Translations under genes and position numbers: made by a program
Assembly (NCBI GenBank): GCA_033791425.1
Contig: JASJGQ010000356.1
Coordinates: forward strand, 1 to 49,429
Direction: 5' to 3'
Length of the DNA: 49,429 nucleotides
Source: Acidobacteriota bacterium
GTDB lineage: Bacteria > Acidobacteriota > Thermoanaerobaculia > Thermoanaerobaculales > Sulfomarinibacteraceae
Notes under the pieces: model-generated
Database searches by the model: none
What the model was told of the DNA's origin: nothing
What the model saw: the letters and a program-made list of their open reading frames with translations, nothing else
In this document: one piece after another, positions 1 to 8,961 of the stretch
Layout: each line of letters begins with the position of its first letter
Position numbering within the stretch: the stretch's first letter is position 1

Positions 1-959
1 TCCGGGATCAGCTCCGCCGGCCGCGACACGTGGAAAGCACCTGCGGCTATGAACAAGACGTGGTCCGTGCGAACAACGCCGTACCGGGTGTTGACGTGGG
101 TGCCTTCGACAATCGGCAGCAGATCCCGCTGAACACCCTCACGGGAGACATCAGGGCCACCCCCTCCGGCGTCATCCCGCGAGCAGATTTTGTCGATCTC
201 ATCGAGAAAGACGATGCCCGACTCCTCGACCCGCGTGATGGCATCGCCCTCCACCTGAGATCTTTCGATGAGCTTTTCCTCTTCTTCGGAGGTGAGGACC
301 CGGCGAGCCTCTTTGACGGTCATCCGTTTCTTCGATTTGCGGCCCATCATGCCGCCGAACATGTCCTTGAGGTTGATCCCCATCGACTCCATGCCCTGGG
401 GCGTGAACATCTCGACAGTCGGCATGCGGTCCTCGGCAACATCCAGCTCGACCTCGTTGTCCTCCAGTAGACCGTCGCGAAGGGGTCGCTTCAGCGCCCG
501 ACGCCGCTCTTCGAGCGAGGTCTCCAGAGCCGACGTCGAACTCACGACCAGAAGATCAAGGAGGCGATCCTCGGCGGCCCGTTCCGCACGAACCTCGACC
601 TCCGCCACCCGTTCCGAGCGCACCAACTGGATGGCGGCATCCAGGAGATCGCGAATGATGGACTCCACGTCCCGGCCCACATATCCGACCTCGGTGAACT
701 TCGAGGCTTCCACCTTGAGGAACGGCGAGCCCGTGAGGCGAGCGAGCCGGCGCGCGATCTCCGTCTTTCCGACCCCGGTTGGGCCGATCATGATGATATT
801 TTTTGGTGCGACCTCTTCGCGCAACTCGGGTGTGAGCTGCTGGCGCCGCCACCGGTTGCGAAGGGCGACCGCGACCGCTCGTTTGGCGGCGTCCTGGCCG
901 ACGATAAAGCGGTCGAGTTCGAGGACGGTTTCGGATGGAGTGAGCGAATCCAGCTTCAC
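1..959 (-). CDS. hslU: ATP-dependent protease ATPase subunit HslU (3' end cut by window edge; about 319 N-terminal codons present)
   Basis: Missing from the ORF track only because it runs off the left edge. Hand translation of the minus strand from GTG 959 gives [94 protein letters not shown]. This is the HslU N-terminus with Walker A. GTGA start/stop overlap with hslV. Confidence 0.9.
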   Translation of the reverse strand, partial: MKLDSLTPSETVLELDRFIVGQDAAKRAVAVALRNRWRRQQLTPELREEVAPKNIIMIGPTGVGKTEIARRLARLTGSPFLKVEASKFTEVGYVGRDVESIIRDLLDAAIQLVRSERVAEVEVRAERAAEDRLLDLLVVSSTSALETSLEERRRALKRPLRDGLLEDNEVELDVAEDRMPTVEMFTPQGMESMGINLKDMFGGMMGRKSKKRMTVKEARRVLTSEEEEKLIERSQVEGDAITRVEESGIVFLDEIDKICSRDDAGGGGPDVSREGVQRDLLPIVEGTHVNTRYGVVRTDHVLFIAAGAFHVSRPAELIP

Positions 960-1498
960 GATTTCAGCTCCTCGATAGTGATGTGGTCGTTGGTGTAAAT
1001 GTCGATGTCGGCTGAGATGGCCAAGGCCTCCCGGACGATGTCCCGCGCCGGGAGCTCGGTGTGTTTGAGCAGCGCCCGGGCAGCCGCAAGAGCGTAGGAA
1101 CCACCCGACCCCACCGCCACCATGTCGTCGTCGGGTACAAGAACCTCACCGGTTCCCGACACCAGAAGGGTCGTCTTGGTGTCGGCGGTGATAAGCAGGG
1201 CCTCGAGATGGCGCAGAGCTTTGTCCATCCGCCAGTCCCTCGCCAGCTCCACCGCGGCCCGTTCCAGATTGTGGCCGTATTCTTCGAGCTTGGCCTCGAA
1301 CCGGGTGAACAGGGCCAGCGCGTCGGCCACCGACCCGGCAAAGCCGGCCAGGTCCTTGCCGCCTGCAAGCCGGCGGACCTTAGCCGCCCCGTGTTTGAGC
1401 ACCGCTGTGCCGAGGGTCACCTGGCCGTCGGAGCCCACGGCCACCACGCCGTCGCGACGCACCGCCAGAACTGTCGTGTGATGCCATTCATTTTTCAC
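956..1498 (-). CDS. hslV: ATP-dependent protease peptidase subunit HslV
   Basis: The last 180 codons of ORF 956..1942 ([58 protein letters not shown]) match HslV. The upstream 148 codons are Arg/Pro-rich GC artefact. In-frame GTG at 1498 is preceded by GGAGG. Confidence 0.9.
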   Translation of the reverse strand: MKNEWHHTTVLAVRRDGVVAVGSDGQVTLGTAVLKHGAAKVRRLAGGKDLAGFAGSVADALALFTRFEAKLEEYGHNLERAAVELARDWRMDKALRHLEALLITADTKTTLLVSGTGEVLVPDDDMVAVGSGGSYALAAARALLKHTELPARDIVREALAISADIDIYTNDHITIEELKS

Positions 1499-1559
1499 AG
1501 CCGCCTCCGATGAAATTCCACTCTGTGCACTACGAAGAATACTCCTCGCGCATTCCGAC

Positions 1560-3770
1560 CTACACTTTTTCGAGCTTGGCGATGGTCGGAACCAGCGTCT
1601 TGCGGCCGGCGCGGTCAAAATAGACCACGATCTTGAGCTGGGCACCGGTGCCCTGGCATGCCAACACGACCCCGCTCCCGAAGCGCCGGTGTCGGACCCT
1701 GTCGCCGGGGCGCCACCCGTTGCCGTCGCTGTCGATGACGGTGGCGGCGATCTTCCGACCGCCGACGGGCCCTCCTCCGTTCGCCTGGGTCTGCCGCGCC
1801 GGGGGTGAGGGCGTCTGGCGACTCGTCCGAGGCCGCGCCAACGGCGCCGTTCTCGAAATGCTCGGCCCGGAGACGTCTTCGACGGTCCCATCGGGGAGGT
1901 CCTCGATAAAGCGCGAAGGCCGCGTTGCCTGGCGCTGGCCAAAGAGAAAACGGGTCCGCGCCAAGGTCAGTGCCAGCCGGCGACGGGCCCTGGTCATCCC
2001 GACGTAGGCGAGCCGGCGCTCCTCTTCGAGGCTCTCGAGATCGTCCCTCGAGTTGGCGTGCGGCAGCAGCCCGTCTTCGAGCCCCGCCAGGAAGACCACG
2101 TCGAATTCGAGCCCCATCGCCGAATGCAGGGTCATCAGGGACACCGCTTCCGTGGTTGTCTCCTCGTCGTTCTCTTCGAGGAGGGCCACCGAATCGAGAA
2201 AGTCTTCGAGTCCCTGGCCCCGGGCTGCGGCCTCGGCCACCGCCGAAGCCAGCTGTTGCAGGTTCTCGCGCCGTGCCACGCGGTCTTCGGCATCGCCGTC
2301 GTACATCGCGAACAAGCCTGAAGCTTCCAACAGCCAACCGACGAAGTCGCCGGCGGTGAGTTCGTCGCGCCGTTTGCCCGCCTCCTCGAAGAGTCCGAAA
2401 AACTTCTCCAGGGCCAGCCGCGCGCGTGGGCTCAAACCCTCCGGCAACCGGCGGGCGGCCTCGGGAAGCGGCAGACCGAGATCTTCGGAAGATTTGCGGA
2501 GGATGTCGCGGGTGGCGACGCCGATGCCTCTTGTCGGCACGTTGACCACGCGCTCGAACGACAGCAGATCGTCGCGACGGAAGGTGAGACGCAGATAGGC
2601 GAGCGCATCCTTGATCTCCGCCCTCTGCCAGAACCGGAGACCACCGACCACGCGGTAGGGCACCCGGCGACGGGTCAGTTCTTCTTCGAAGGGCCGAGTC
2701 TGGGCGTTGGTTCGCATCAACACCGCGATTTGGCCCAGCGTGTGCGAGCCGGTGGCCGCCTCGATGTGATCCGCGACCCACCGGGCTTCCGCGCGCTCGT
2801 CGTCGGCGATGAAGAGGCGCACCGGATCGCCGCCCTGACGGCTGGTAAAGAGCGTTTTCCCACGCCGGCCAACATTGGCCGCAATCAGGCCGCCGGCGGC
2901 CGCGAGGATCGGCGCAGTGGAGCGGTAGTTCTCTTCCAGTGCGACCACCCTCGCACCGGGAAAAAATCGCTCGAATGAGAGGATGTTCTCGAGCTCCGCG
3001 CCGCGCCATCGATAGATCGACTGATCCTCGTCGCCGACCGCGGTCAGGTTGCCCGTGCCATCGAGAACCTCGCTCACCAGATCCATCTGCAGCGAGTTGG
3101 TGTCCTGGAACTCGTCGACCAACAGGAAGCGGGCGCGCCGGCGCATCTCGTTTCGAACGTTTTCGCTCGCCCTGACCGCCCCGAGCGCGCGGACCAACAT
3201 GTCGTCGAAATCGACCACCGCCGCGACCTTCTTGTGGTGCTCGTAGCGGCGCCAGACATCGACCAGCTTTTCATCACCGTGCCCACTGGCTTTGGCTTCG
3301 AAGTCTTCGAGCCCGGTGCCCTTGTTGACGAGACCGGAGATCCTCGCCATCAGAGCGCGCGGCGGGTACTCACGTGGGTCGAGGCCGAGCTCTTTGAGGG
3401 CCCGCCCGACCAGGACGCGCTGGTCGTCGCTGTCGGCAATGCCGAAACGTAGCGGCAGTCCGGCGGCGTTGGGGTGCCGGCGCAGCAGATCGAGGGCCCA
3501 ACGGTGAAAGGTGCCGACAAATCCGCCGCCGAGAGGGCGCCCGAGCAGGATCTCCACTCTCTCCCGCATCTCGCGGGCGGCTTTGTTGGTGAACGTCACG
3601 GCCGTGATGCCGCTCGGTTCAACCGCATTCTCGGCGAGCAGGTGGGCGATGCGGCAAGTGAGAACCCGGGTCTTTCCCGAGCCCGCCCCCGCGAGCACCA
3701 GCAACGGCCCCTCACCGTGAGTGACCGCCTCGCGCTGCTGGGGGTTCAGATCATCAAGGATGGAGCTCAA
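1560..3770 (-). CDS. pcrA: ATP-dependent DNA helicase, UvrD/PcrA family
   Basis: 736-aa ORF. Motif I is [38 protein letters not shown] and motif II is [10 protein letters not shown]. The C-terminal [18 protein letters not shown] tail is typical of PcrA/UvrD. TTG start with GGAGG about 10 nt upstream. The choice between the symbols uvrD and pcrA is arbitrary. Confidence 0.9.
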   Translation of the reverse strand: MSSILDDLNPQQREAVTHGEGPLLVLAGAGSGKTRVLTCRIAHLLAENAVEPSGITAVTFTNKAAREMRERVEILLGRPLGGGFVGTFHRWALDLLRRHPNAAGLPLRFGIADSDDQRVLVGRALKELGLDPREYPPRALMARISGLVNKGTGLEDFEAKASGHGDEKLVDVWRRYEHHKKVAAVVDFDDMLVRALGAVRASENVRNEMRRRARFLLVDEFQDTNSLQMDLVSEVLDGTGNLTAVGDEDQSIYRWRGAELENILSFERFFPGARVVALEENYRSTAPILAAAGGLIAANVGRRGKTLFTSRQGGDPVRLFIADDERAEARWVADHIEAATGSHTLGQIAVLMRTNAQTRPFEEELTRRRVPYRVVGGLRFWQRAEIKDALAYLRLTFRRDDLLSFERVVNVPTRGIGVATRDILRKSSEDLGLPLPEAARRLPEGLSPRARLALEKFFGLFEEAGKRRDELTAGDFVGWLLEASGLFAMYDGDAEDRVARRENLQQLASAVAEAAARGQGLEDFLDSVALLEENDEETTTEAVSLMTLHSAMGLEFDVVFLAGLEDGLLPHANSRDDLESLEEERRLAYVGMTRARRRLALTLARTRFLFGQRQATRPSRFIEDLPDGTVEDVSGPSISRTAPLARPRTSRQTPSPPARQTQANGGGPVGGRKIAATVIDSDGNGWRPGDRVRHRRFGSGVVLACQGTGAQLKIVVYFDRAGRKTLVPTIAKLEKV

Positions 3771-3837
3771 GGAAACACTACCTCCGGAGGAAGGGAGAAC
3801 CTACCAAGGTCGGGCGGGAGACACAACTTCTCGAACT

Positions 3838-3864
3838 AGGAATGAGGAATGAGGAATGAGGAAT
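3838..3864. repeat. Tandem heptamer array AGGAATG x3 + AGGAAT (7-nt period)
   Basis: Read directly: AGGAATG AGGAATG AGGAATG AGGAAT. AT-rich island in the glmS/helicase intergenic region. Confidence 0.95.
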
Positions 3865-3917
3865 TTCGCAAACATCTCAACCCACCTTGAGTCCTCTGGG
3901 CTGGGTGGATGGATGGC

Positions 3918-3942
3918 ATTCCTAATTCCTAATTCCTAATTC
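3918..3942. repeat. Tandem heptamer array ATTCCTA x3 + ATTC (reverse-complement core of the 3838-3864 array)
   Basis: Read directly: ATTCCTA ATTCCTA ATTCCTA ATTC. The ATTCCT core is the reverse complement of AGGAAT. Same 7-nt period, 53 nt from the first array. Confidence 0.95.
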
Positions 3943-3970
3943 GTCGAGTGAGGCGCTCGCCTCACTCGAC
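3943..3970 (-). terminator. Hairpin at the glmS stop codon (candidate intrinsic terminator)
   Basis: GTCGAGTGAGGCG / CGCCTCACTCGAC is a perfect 13-nt inverted repeat. The innermost pairs must open to form a loop. It includes the glmS TGA. The trailing sequence is A/U-rich (GAAUUAGGAAUU) rather than a clean U-tract. Confidence 0.45.
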
Positions 3971-5788
3971 GGTAACGCTTTTTGCCAGGTTGCGCGGTTG
4001 GTCGACGTCAAGCCCGAGATCCACTGCCACGTTGTAGGCGAGCAGTTGCAACGGTACAACCGAAACCACTGGTTGCAGCAATGGATGAACGCGGGGGATC
4101 GGCAGCACGAGGTCCGCAACATGCGACAGATCGTCTTCGACATCGGCCGAGACGGCGAGAACGCTGGCGCCACGGGCCCGCACCTCCATGAGGTTGCTGA
4201 TGATCTTGTCCCTTGACCGCCCTTCCGGGATCACCGCCACGACCGGGAATCCATCCTGGAGGAGCGCGATGGGACCGTGCTTCATTTCACCCGCCGGGTA
4301 GCCCTCGGCGTGAAGGTAGGAGATCTCCTTGAGCTTGAGGGCGCCCTCCAGGGCGATGGGATAGAGGATCCCCCGCCCCAGGTAGAGCGAGTCGGTGGCG
4401 TCGCTCAAGACCTCGGTCCCGAGGCGAAACAGCTCGTCATCGATGGCCAGCGCCTTTTCGACCGCCATCGGCAAGCGTTGCAACTCGGCCACAAGCTCCC
4501 GGTCGGTCTCATCGGCCAGTCCCCGCTTGGCGCGCAGACCGAGGGCCATCAGGACCAGAGCCACGAGCTGGGTCGAAAAGGCCTTGGTCGACGCGACACC
4601 GATCTCAGGCCCCGCCTGGGTGAGCATCCGCGAGTTCGCGAGCCGCCACGCCGACGATCCCCGGCTGTTGCAGACCGTTGCCAGCAGCGCACCGCCGTCG
4701 CGGGCGAGCTCCATCGCAGCCAGGGTGTCGGCGGTCTCTCCGGACTGCGTAATTCCCACCACCAGAAGGTCGTCGCCGAGCAGTGGCGATCGATAGCGGT
4801 ATTCCGAGGCGTAATCGACCTCGGTCGGCAGACCGGTGAGCTCCTCGATCAGGAACTTGCCCACCAGGGCCGCGTGCCACGAGGTCCCACAGGCGACGAT
4901 GTGGACCCGCCGCAGCCGCTCCAATTCCTCGTCGGAAAAACCGAGGCCCTCGAGGTTGACGCCCTGACGGTCCTGGTCCAGATAGGCCCGCACCGTGTTC
5001 CGGATGGCGTCCGGTTGCTCAAAGATCTCCTTCAACATGAAGTGCCGGAAACCGCCCTTTTCCGCGCGCGCAGCGTCCCAATCAAGCTTCTCTATCGTGC
5101 GCTCAACCGGGTTCCCGGAAGCATCCAGGATGGACACGCTGTCGCGTCGAACCACCGCCACGTCGCCGTTTTCGAGAAAGATCACGCGACGGGTCCGGTG
5201 GAGCAGCGCGGTGACATCGGAGGCGACGATGTTTTCCCCCTCGCCGAGCCCCACCACCAGCGGCGGTCCGTTGCGGAAGGCCACCACCACATCGGGTTCG
5301 GTGCGGTGGACCGCCACCACCGCATACTGGCCCACCAGCTGCGGCAGCACGGCAAACACGCGCTGTGACAGAGTGCCAGAGGCGCGACCGAGAAGTTGCG
5401 CAATGAGCTCAGTATCGGTGTCGGACTGGAGCTCGACGCCTTCCTCTATCAATGAAGCTCGCAACGTGCCGTAGTTTTCCAGGATCCCGTTGTGAACCAC
5501 CGCCACCGAACCGTCGGCGTCAGTCTGTGGGTGGGCGTTGGCTTCGGTCGGCGCACCGTGGGTCGCCCACCGCGTGTGACCGAGTCCAACAGTACCGTGG
5601 AGAGGTTGGTTGTAGGCCCGCTGCTCGAGGTTGCCGAGCTTGCCCGCGGCACGCAGGATCCCGATCTTTCCGTCTCCCAGCACGGCCATGCCGGCCGAGT
5701 CATAACCCCGGTACTCGAGACGCCGCAGCCCATCGAGAACGACCGGGACGACTTCATCCGCACCCACGTATCCGATAATGCCGCACAT
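3962..5788 (-). CDS. glmS: Glutamine--fructose-6-phosphate aminotransferase (isomerizing)
   Basis: MCGIIGYVG places the nucleophile Cys right after Met. Tandem SIS-domain body and C-terminal NLAKSVTVE. Start trimmed from ORF-track 5836 to ATG 5788, which has GGAGG upstream. Confidence 0.95.
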   Translation of the reverse strand: MCGIIGYVGADEVVPVVLDGLRRLEYRGYDSAGMAVLGDGKIGILRAAGKLGNLEQRAYNQPLHGTVGLGHTRWATHGAPTEANAHPQTDADGSVAVVHNGILENYGTLRASLIEEGVELQSDTDTELIAQLLGRASGTLSQRVFAVLPQLVGQYAVVAVHRTEPDVVVAFRNGPPLVVGLGEGENIVASDVTALLHRTRRVIFLENGDVAVVRRDSVSILDASGNPVERTIEKLDWDAARAEKGGFRHFMLKEIFEQPDAIRNTVRAYLDQDRQGVNLEGLGFSDEELERLRRVHIVACGTSWHAALVGKFLIEELTGLPTEVDYASEYRYRSPLLGDDLLVVGITQSGETADTLAAMELARDGGALLATVCNSRGSSAWRLANSRMLTQAGPEIGVASTKAFSTQLVALVLMALGLRAKRGLADETDRELVAELQRLPMAVEKALAIDDELFRLGTEVLSDATDSLYLGRGILYPIALEGALKLKEISYLHAEGYPAGEMKHGPIALLQDGFPVVAVIPEGRSRDKIISNLMEVRARGASVLAVSADVEDDLSHVADLVLPIPRVHPLLQPVVSVVPLQLLAYNVAVDLGLDVDQPRNLAKSVTVE

Positions 5789-5939
5789 CTTAGACCTCCG
5801 CTCAGCGCTCGATCCACAGGTTCCACAACCACCCACTGGAGGCGTTCGCGCCGCAGTGAGATCTCTAGATTAACCTCGTTTTGTGGCAAGCCGATGTCCG
5901 GGCGGTGGTCGCCCTATGGTTCAGGCTGGCCAACGACCC

Positions 5940-7037
5940 TCAGTCTCGAGCTGACCGCGCCCCGTCCAACGCCGCCAACAACTGGTCAAACGAGGCGGCA
6001 AATGCCGCCACGCCCTCAATCTGAAGCTCTTTGGTCACGGTGTCCATATCGATCCCGAGACCGGCGAGTTCGGCCATCGTCGCCGCCGCTTCGTCAACGC
6101 CCTCGGTGATCGAGGTGCGGGGCTCGCCGTGATCGCGGAACGCCTCCAGGGTCGCCACCGGGAGGGTGTTGACCGTGTCCGGCCCGATCAGCTCCTCAAC
6201 ATAGAACACATCGCGGTAGGCCGGGTTCTTGCTGCTCGTGCTCGCCCACAGGGGTCGTTGGACGCGAGCGCCACGCGCCGCGTGGTCGGTAAACGGACCA
6301 TCGCCGAAAACCTCTTCAAAGCGGCGATAGGCAAGCTTGGCGTTGGCCACCGCCGCCTTGCCGCGTAAGGCAAGCGCCTGATCGGTTCCGATAGCCTCGA
6401 GGGCCGCATCGACCTTGGTGTCGACCCGGCTGACGAAGAAGGAGGCCACCGACGCGACCCGACCGGGGTCGGCACATGCCGCCACACCGCGAACGTAGGC
6501 CTGTGCCACCGCTTCGTAGTCGGCGAGGGAGAACATGAGGGTGGCGTTGACGTTGATGCCACCGGCGATCAGGCTCTCGATGGCGGGGGTCCCCGCCGCG
6601 GTCGCAGGCACCTTGATCATCAAGTTTGGCCGGTCGACCGCCGCCCACAGGCGCCGCGCCTCGGCAACCGTGCCTTCAGTGTCGTGGGCAAGGTGGGGCG
6701 ATACCTCGAGGCTAACGTAGCCGTCCTCGCCGCCGCTTTCTGACCACACAGAGCTCAGGACGCCGGCAGCACCGCGGATATCCTCGATCGCCAGGGCCTC
6801 GTAAAGGTCCTTTGTGGCCATCGCCGGGTCGGCGTCCAACAGGGCCGACACCGCCGCGTCGTATGCGCCGCCGCCCTCGATGGCCTTTTGAAATATGGAT
6901 GGGTTCGAGGTGACGCCGCGCACGCCGTCATCGTTCACAAACCTCTCGAGCCCACCGTCGGTGAGCAACCGCCGCTCGATGAAGTCAAGCCACACCGCCT
7001 GGCGGTGATCGGTCCAGAGCTTTTTCATTGGGTTCAT
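5940..7037 (-). CDS. tal: Transaldolase
   Basis: Motifs GVTSNPSIFQKAI, YVSLEVSP, NLMIKVPAT, SFFVSRVD. Start trimmed from 7103 to ATG 7037 (MNPMKKLW), which is preceded by GGAGG. Confidence 0.9.
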   Translation of the reverse strand: MNPMKKLWTDHRQAVWLDFIERRLLTDGGLERFVNDDGVRGVTSNPSIFQKAIEGGGAYDAAVSALLDADPAMATKDLYEALAIEDIRGAAGVLSSVWSESGGEDGYVSLEVSPHLAHDTEGTVAEARRLWAAVDRPNLMIKVPATAAGTPAIESLIAGGINVNATLMFSLADYEAVAQAYVRGVAACADPGRVASVASFFVSRVDTKVDAALEAIGTDQALALRGKAAVANAKLAYRRFEEVFGDGPFTDHAARGARVQRPLWASTSSKNPAYRDVFYVEELIGPDTVNTLPVATLEAFRDHGEPRTSITEGVDEAAATMAELAGLGIDMDTVTKELQIEGVAAFAASFDQLLAALDGARSARD

Positions 7038-7172
7038 CGGGCCTCCGTAGCCAATCGAGCTGCTCGCCGCGCGCGACCGCCGCGGCTGATCGCAGCCTAC
7101 CACGACGAAACGGTCGCGGCGCCGGGATCGGTCTTCGGGCTGGTGAGGGTGGGCTGCGATCCGGCGAACAGA

Positions 7173-7757
7173 TCAGCGGCTGCGCAACTCGTACAGGACC
7201 TGTTTCGCCACCGCCTTGAGAGTCTCGAAGACACCCATGCCCTTGACGGCCACGGCCTCGAAGGTGGGCTCGCCCTTGAAGTTGAGGAGCCTGTACATGT
7301 CGTCCACCAGCACGGCGCTCGGGAGGTCGCGTTTGTTGAACTGCAAGACGTAGGGGATGGTCTTGAGCTCGAAGCCGTTCTCGCGGAGGTTGTCCTCGAG
7401 ATTGCGGAGCGATTCCGCGTTGGCATCCATCCTCGCCTCCTGCGAGTCGGCAACAAACACCACCCCATCCACGCCCTTGAGGATGAGCTTGCGGCTGGCG
7501 TCGTAAAAGACCTGACCTGGAACCGTATAGAGGTGGAAGCGGGTTTTGAATCCTCGAACCGCCCCGAGGTCGAGCGGCAAAAAGTCGAAGAAGAGGGTGC
7601 GGTCCGTCTCGGTCGCCAGGGAAATCAGCTTGCCCTTTTGTTCTGGCGAAGATTTTTCGAAAATGTACTGCAGGTTGGTGGTCTTTCCGCACAGACCGGG
7701 TCCGTAGTACACGATCTTGACGTTGATCTCACGAGCGGCGTAATTGATGAAGCTCAT
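7173..7757 (-). CDS. mglA: Ras-like polarity GTPase MglA
   Basis: [86 protein letters not shown]. The motif layout matches Myxococcus MglA as I recall it. Confidence 0.92.
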   Translation of the reverse strand: MSFINYAAREINVKIVYYGPGLCGKTTNLQYIFEKSSPEQKGKLISLATETDRTLFFDFLPLDLGAVRGFKTRFHLYTVPGQVFYDASRKLILKGVDGVVFVADSQEARMDANAESLRNLEDNLRENGFELKTIPYVLQFNKRDLPSAVLVDDMYRLLNFKGEPTFEAVAVKGMGVFETLKAVAKQVLYELRSR

Positions 7758-8242
7758 TCTGAAAACAATGCGTCGATGTCGTCGTCGGTAATTTCAGCAA
7801 ACGGCGAAAGTGTTTCCACGGCGCCAACCATCTGGGATTTCGTCTCCATTTCGTTCAGCACACGCTCGACCTCCGCCGACGCCTTGCGGACCCGCAGGCG
7901 AACCAGACCGAGGGACGAGCGCTCATCAAAAATCACAACCAGGATCAGCCGGTGACCGACGATGGAGATGTGAATGTTGTCCTTGCGGCCCTCGTGAAAA
8001 AGAATCGAGAATTCTTTCTCCCCGATGAGCTTGGCGAGACCGTCGGTGGCTGCGACATTGCCAGCGGTCAAGGAGGCAAGTGATGTCGCATCGACAAGAT
8101 TCACCTCTCCGGCCCCCGCGATCTGCTGCCCGTTCTTATCGACCAGGAAGACAATCTTGGCGCTGGCGTCCATGCGCAAGGTGTCGAGGAGCAGCTTGAT
8201 GCGGTCGAACTCCTCCTCATACATGACCAAGTTGGTTACCAA
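7754..8242 (-). CDS. mglB: MglB, Roadblock/LC7-domain GAP partner of MglA
   Basis: LVMYEEEF.., [43 protein letters not shown], and the C-terminal [17 protein letters not shown] tail as in Myxococcus MglB. ATGA overlap with mglA. The TTG start at 8242 keeps the conserved N-terminus; ATG 8224 is an alternative. Confidence 0.88.
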   Translation of the reverse strand: MVTNLVMYEEEFDRIKLLLDTLRMDASAKIVFLVDKNGQQIAGAGEVNLVDATSLASLTAGNVAATDGLAKLIGEKEFSILFHEGRKDNIHISIVGHRLILVVIFDERSSLGLVRLRVRKASAEVERVLNEMETKSQMVGAVETLSPFAEITDDDIDALFSE

Positions 8243-8272
8243 GTCTTCACACTCCCAATAGTCTCAATTTTT

Positions 8273-8300
8273 AGCATAGACGCCCCCGTCAGGCAAGCAA
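8273..8300 (-). promoter_or_regulatory. Candidate sigma70-type promoter for mglBA
   Basis: On the minus strand: TTGCTT, 16 nt, TATGCT. It lies about 25 nt upstream of the mglB start, with GGGAG between. Pattern match only. Confidence 0.3.
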
Positions 8301-8361
8301 AACGGGCCGATCGAGCCTTGCCCGGACAGGCAAAAAGTCGCTGTGATCAGGAAGATGGAGC

Positions 8362-8961
8362 TCAGACCCGGCGGCGTAACCGGAGGGCCTGCGCGAGGGT
8401 CACCCGATCCACCGATGCCACCTCTCCACCGACTGGAATGCCCGAAGCCGGTCGGCTCACCTTGACTCCAAGAGGCTGGAGCCGGCGGCTGATGTAGAGC
8501 GCCGTTGTCTCTCCCTCGACCGTTGGGTCGGTAGCGAGGATCACCTCCTCAACGCCTGCGGCGCGGCACCGCGTCTCGAGGCGGTCGATGGTGAGATCCT
8601 CGGGTCCCACCCCGTGGAGAGGCGACAAATGACCGAGGAGGGCGTGGTAGAGGCCCCGAAACTCTCCCGTCGCCTCGACCGCCCATGCGGTGGTGGGCTC
8701 CTCCACGACGAGAATCACGGTGTGGTCGCGACCAGGGTCGGTACACACAACACAGGGGTCTGATTCGGTGAGCAGACAGCACGACGAGCACAGCTCCACC
8801 GATTGGCGCAGATTACCCAAAACCTCCGCGAAGGCCTGAAGATCTTCGGGGTCGACCGTAAGGAGGTGTTCCGCCAGGCGCTGGGCAGTCCGCGGGCCGA
8901 CACCCGGCAGGTGTTCGAGGTGTTGCAGCAGAATCCGGACGGTGGGCGGTCGCAGGTCCAC
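8362..8961 (-). CDS. recR: Recombination protein RecR
   Basis: HhH motif LEHLPGVGPRTAQRLAEHLL, Cys4 zinc motif CSSCCLLTESDPCVVC, Toprim motif VILVVEEPTTAWAVE..ILATDPTVEGETTALYI. The GTG start directly abuts the dnaX stop. Confidence 0.92.
   Translation of the reverse strand: MDLRPPTVRILLQHLEHLPGVGPRTAQRLAEHLLTVDPEDLQAFAEVLGNLRQSVELCSSCCLLTESDPCVVCTDPGRDHTVILVVEEPTTAWAVEATGEFRGLYHALLGHLSPLHGVGPEDLTIDRLETRCRAAGVEEVILATDPTVEGETTALYISRRLQPLGVKVSRPASGIPVGGEVASVDRVTLAQALRLRRRV

Noticed and set aside
268-978. 236-aa plus-strand ORF, Ser/Arg-rich, opposite hslU
   Set aside because: It is an antisense shadow ORF of a GC-rich gene. The translation is low-complexity Ser/Arg/Thr, and the opposite strand encodes an unmistakable HslU.
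956-1942. Long N-terminal extensions in the ORF track: hslV to 1942, glmS to 5836, tal to 7103, gap from 16007, gltX to 23158, lptD to 25960, uvrA to 33042, dprA to 45553, xerC from 41436, NtrY-like from 35643, GT2 from 40555
   Set aside because: The extensions are Arg/Pro-rich and overlap neighbouring genes or tRNAs. Conserved protein N-termini with GGAGG-type SD sequences are found at internal ATG/GTG/TTG codons. Starts were trimmed accordingly.
4277-5368. 363-aa plus-strand ORF opposite glmS. The same class of long antisense ORFs occurs at 6888-7955, 14326-15546, 22238-23236, 24758-25654, 26250-27185, 27538-28344, 30484-31566, 32188-33033, 36668-37363, 37601-38443, 44579-45472, 46484-47188 and 48036-49211.
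   Set aside because: All lie antisense to, or out of frame with, genes that have clear conserved motifs. Their translations are Arg/Pro/Gly/Ala-rich with no motifs. This is typical of stop-codon-poor frames in high-GC DNA.
5789-5939. Possible glmS ribozyme in the glmS 5' leader. The minus strand contains ACGAGGUUAAUC...GCGGCGCGAACGCCUCC, which faintly recalls the GACGAGG / UUAUCG / GGCGG / CCUCC core.
   Set aside because: I cannot find the AGCGCC cleavage-site segment or the paired GGAGG arm. Only 151 nt are available between the tal stop and the glmS start, which is short for promoter plus ribozyme. The resemblance is a few short words. Decisive test: cmsearch with Rfam RF00234 on 5780-5945, minus strand.
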